Positions 16,230 through 18,148 of a stretch of 18,148 nucleotides of DNA are shown one piece after another. This DNA comes from a virus. Lineage: Duplodnaviria; Heunggongvirae; Uroviricota; Caudoviricetes. The stretch lies in IMG/VR virus record IMGVR_UViG_2609459852_000016; one strand, given 5' to 3'. Position numbers and translations under genes: made by a program. The notes beneath the pieces were generated by a model. That model was given only the letters and a program-made list of their open reading frames with translations, was not told where the DNA came from and searched no databases. The number at the start of each line of letters is the position of its first letter. Within the stretch, counting starts at the first letter, position 1.

Positions 16230-16592
16230 CATTATTACCTTTTGAAGAAGTTAGCCCTTGGGCAGAATGGTCCGAAAAAAAATATCAGAGAGAAAAACCA
16301 ACAAGGAAATCTCAAGAGGTACAAATAATAAAATTATAACAATGACTGCTTCAGATAATTTTGTAACAAACCAGAACACCATTAACGCATGATTAACCAA
16401 CCATAGCAAGGATTACTTTTGTAAAGAAAAACACACGAATGAAACAATAGCTTTATTTATTAATAAAACGTGTCATTCTGTCTAATGACCTTTTATCTTA
16501 CCCTTAAGATTTCAAGGATTTTGACTCATGGAAGAGTCCTTTTTATTTAAATTTCACATTCAGCGCTAAAAATAATCCGATTTAATATTAAT
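16230..16592 (-). promoter_or_regulatory. AT-rich promoter and long 5-prime leader region upstream of cspI
   Basis: About 360 bp without ORFs between the Rz stop and cspI start. Contains a TATAAT on the minus strand (plus-strand 16333..16338). Cold-shock genes typically have long structured leaders. Exact promoter not resolved. Confidence 0.3.
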
Positions 16593-17616
<1,024 letters not shown>

Positions 17617-17620
<4 letters not shown>

Positions 17621-17928
17621 AGATATTTATGATGAGGACGCTCGTGCTTATTGGCAGGATTTTCAATCTTAAAGGAGTACTGATGCTGCAGATAAGACTC
17701 AACTTTTTCTGACAATTTTTCTGCTACTTCCAGGAAGACTTGCCGGACGCTCATTCTGGCTGCTGCCTCATAAAACTCCAGCGCAGCTCCTTCAACACGG
17801 TCCATGGCGACATCCAGGCCAAAAATTTCACTGTCAAAGCGTTCTTTGTCCTGTAAGGCTACAGTTACCGTAACTTTATTCTCAAAATTACGGACTCCTT
17901 TCACAACCAGTTCATAGTCTTGAGTCAT
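17617..17928 (-). CDS. ydfR: YdfR-like protein (DUF1327) between holin and endolysin
   Basis: 103 aa; matches E. coli Qin prophage YdfR as I recall it; same position as in Qin. Confidence 0.75.
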
Positions 17929-17932
17929 TGGA

Positions 17933-18148
17933 TTACTCTCCTCTCGCAGCCTTACGCCTGTCTTCTTTAATCTTGAAATAAAGATTTGTCAGATACGTCA
18001 GCATGCCAAATACCAGACTACCCAATACACCTATTGCCGCCCACTGTGAGGGCGTGACTTTATCGAGCAACTGTAAAAACCAGTAGCCAGCACTGCCTGC
18101 AGAGGTGCTGTAGGCGATGCCCGTTGTTAACTTATCCATGGATTTCAT
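17933..18148 (-). CDS. S: Phage-21-type pinholin (S21-like) with dual-start motif
   Basis: [71 protein letters not shown]: 71 aa, two transmembrane domains, Met1 and Met4 starts as in S21 antiholin/holin. The start codon is the last three bases of the window. Confidence 0.9.
   Translation of the reverse strand: MKSMDKLTTGIAYSTSAGSAGYWFLQLLDKVTPSQWAAIGVLGSLVFGMLTYLTNLYFKIKEDRRKAARGE

Overview
This window is the late region of a lambdoid prophage from an enterobacterium (E. coli-like), read almost entirely on the minus strand, with an IS3-family insertion sequence at the left edge. All calls rest on reading the sequence and on remembered similarity to phage lambda, phage 21 and E. coli K-12 Qin prophage proteins; no database search was possible. 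From high to low coordinates the minus strand carries: a phage-21-type lysis cassette (pinholin, YdfR-like, SAR endolysin, Rz with embedded Rz1), an AT-rich cargo island (cspI-like cold-shock gene, a 76-aa protein, a GnsB-like protein, a 68-aa orphan), a candidate cos site, then a lambda-like packaging, head and tail module (Nu1-like and A-like terminase, W, portal, ClpP-protease/major-capsid fusion, small head protein, FII, Z, U, V, G/GT, tape measure H, M). The M gene is cut by the IS element (1..1373, plus strand, left end outside the window), so the distal tail genes are not visible and the prophage is probably tail-defective. I found no CRISPR array, tRNA or rRNA. I see no clearly novel system; the best candidates for follow-up are the cargo island, the divergent cos region and the ORF-poor segment beside it.
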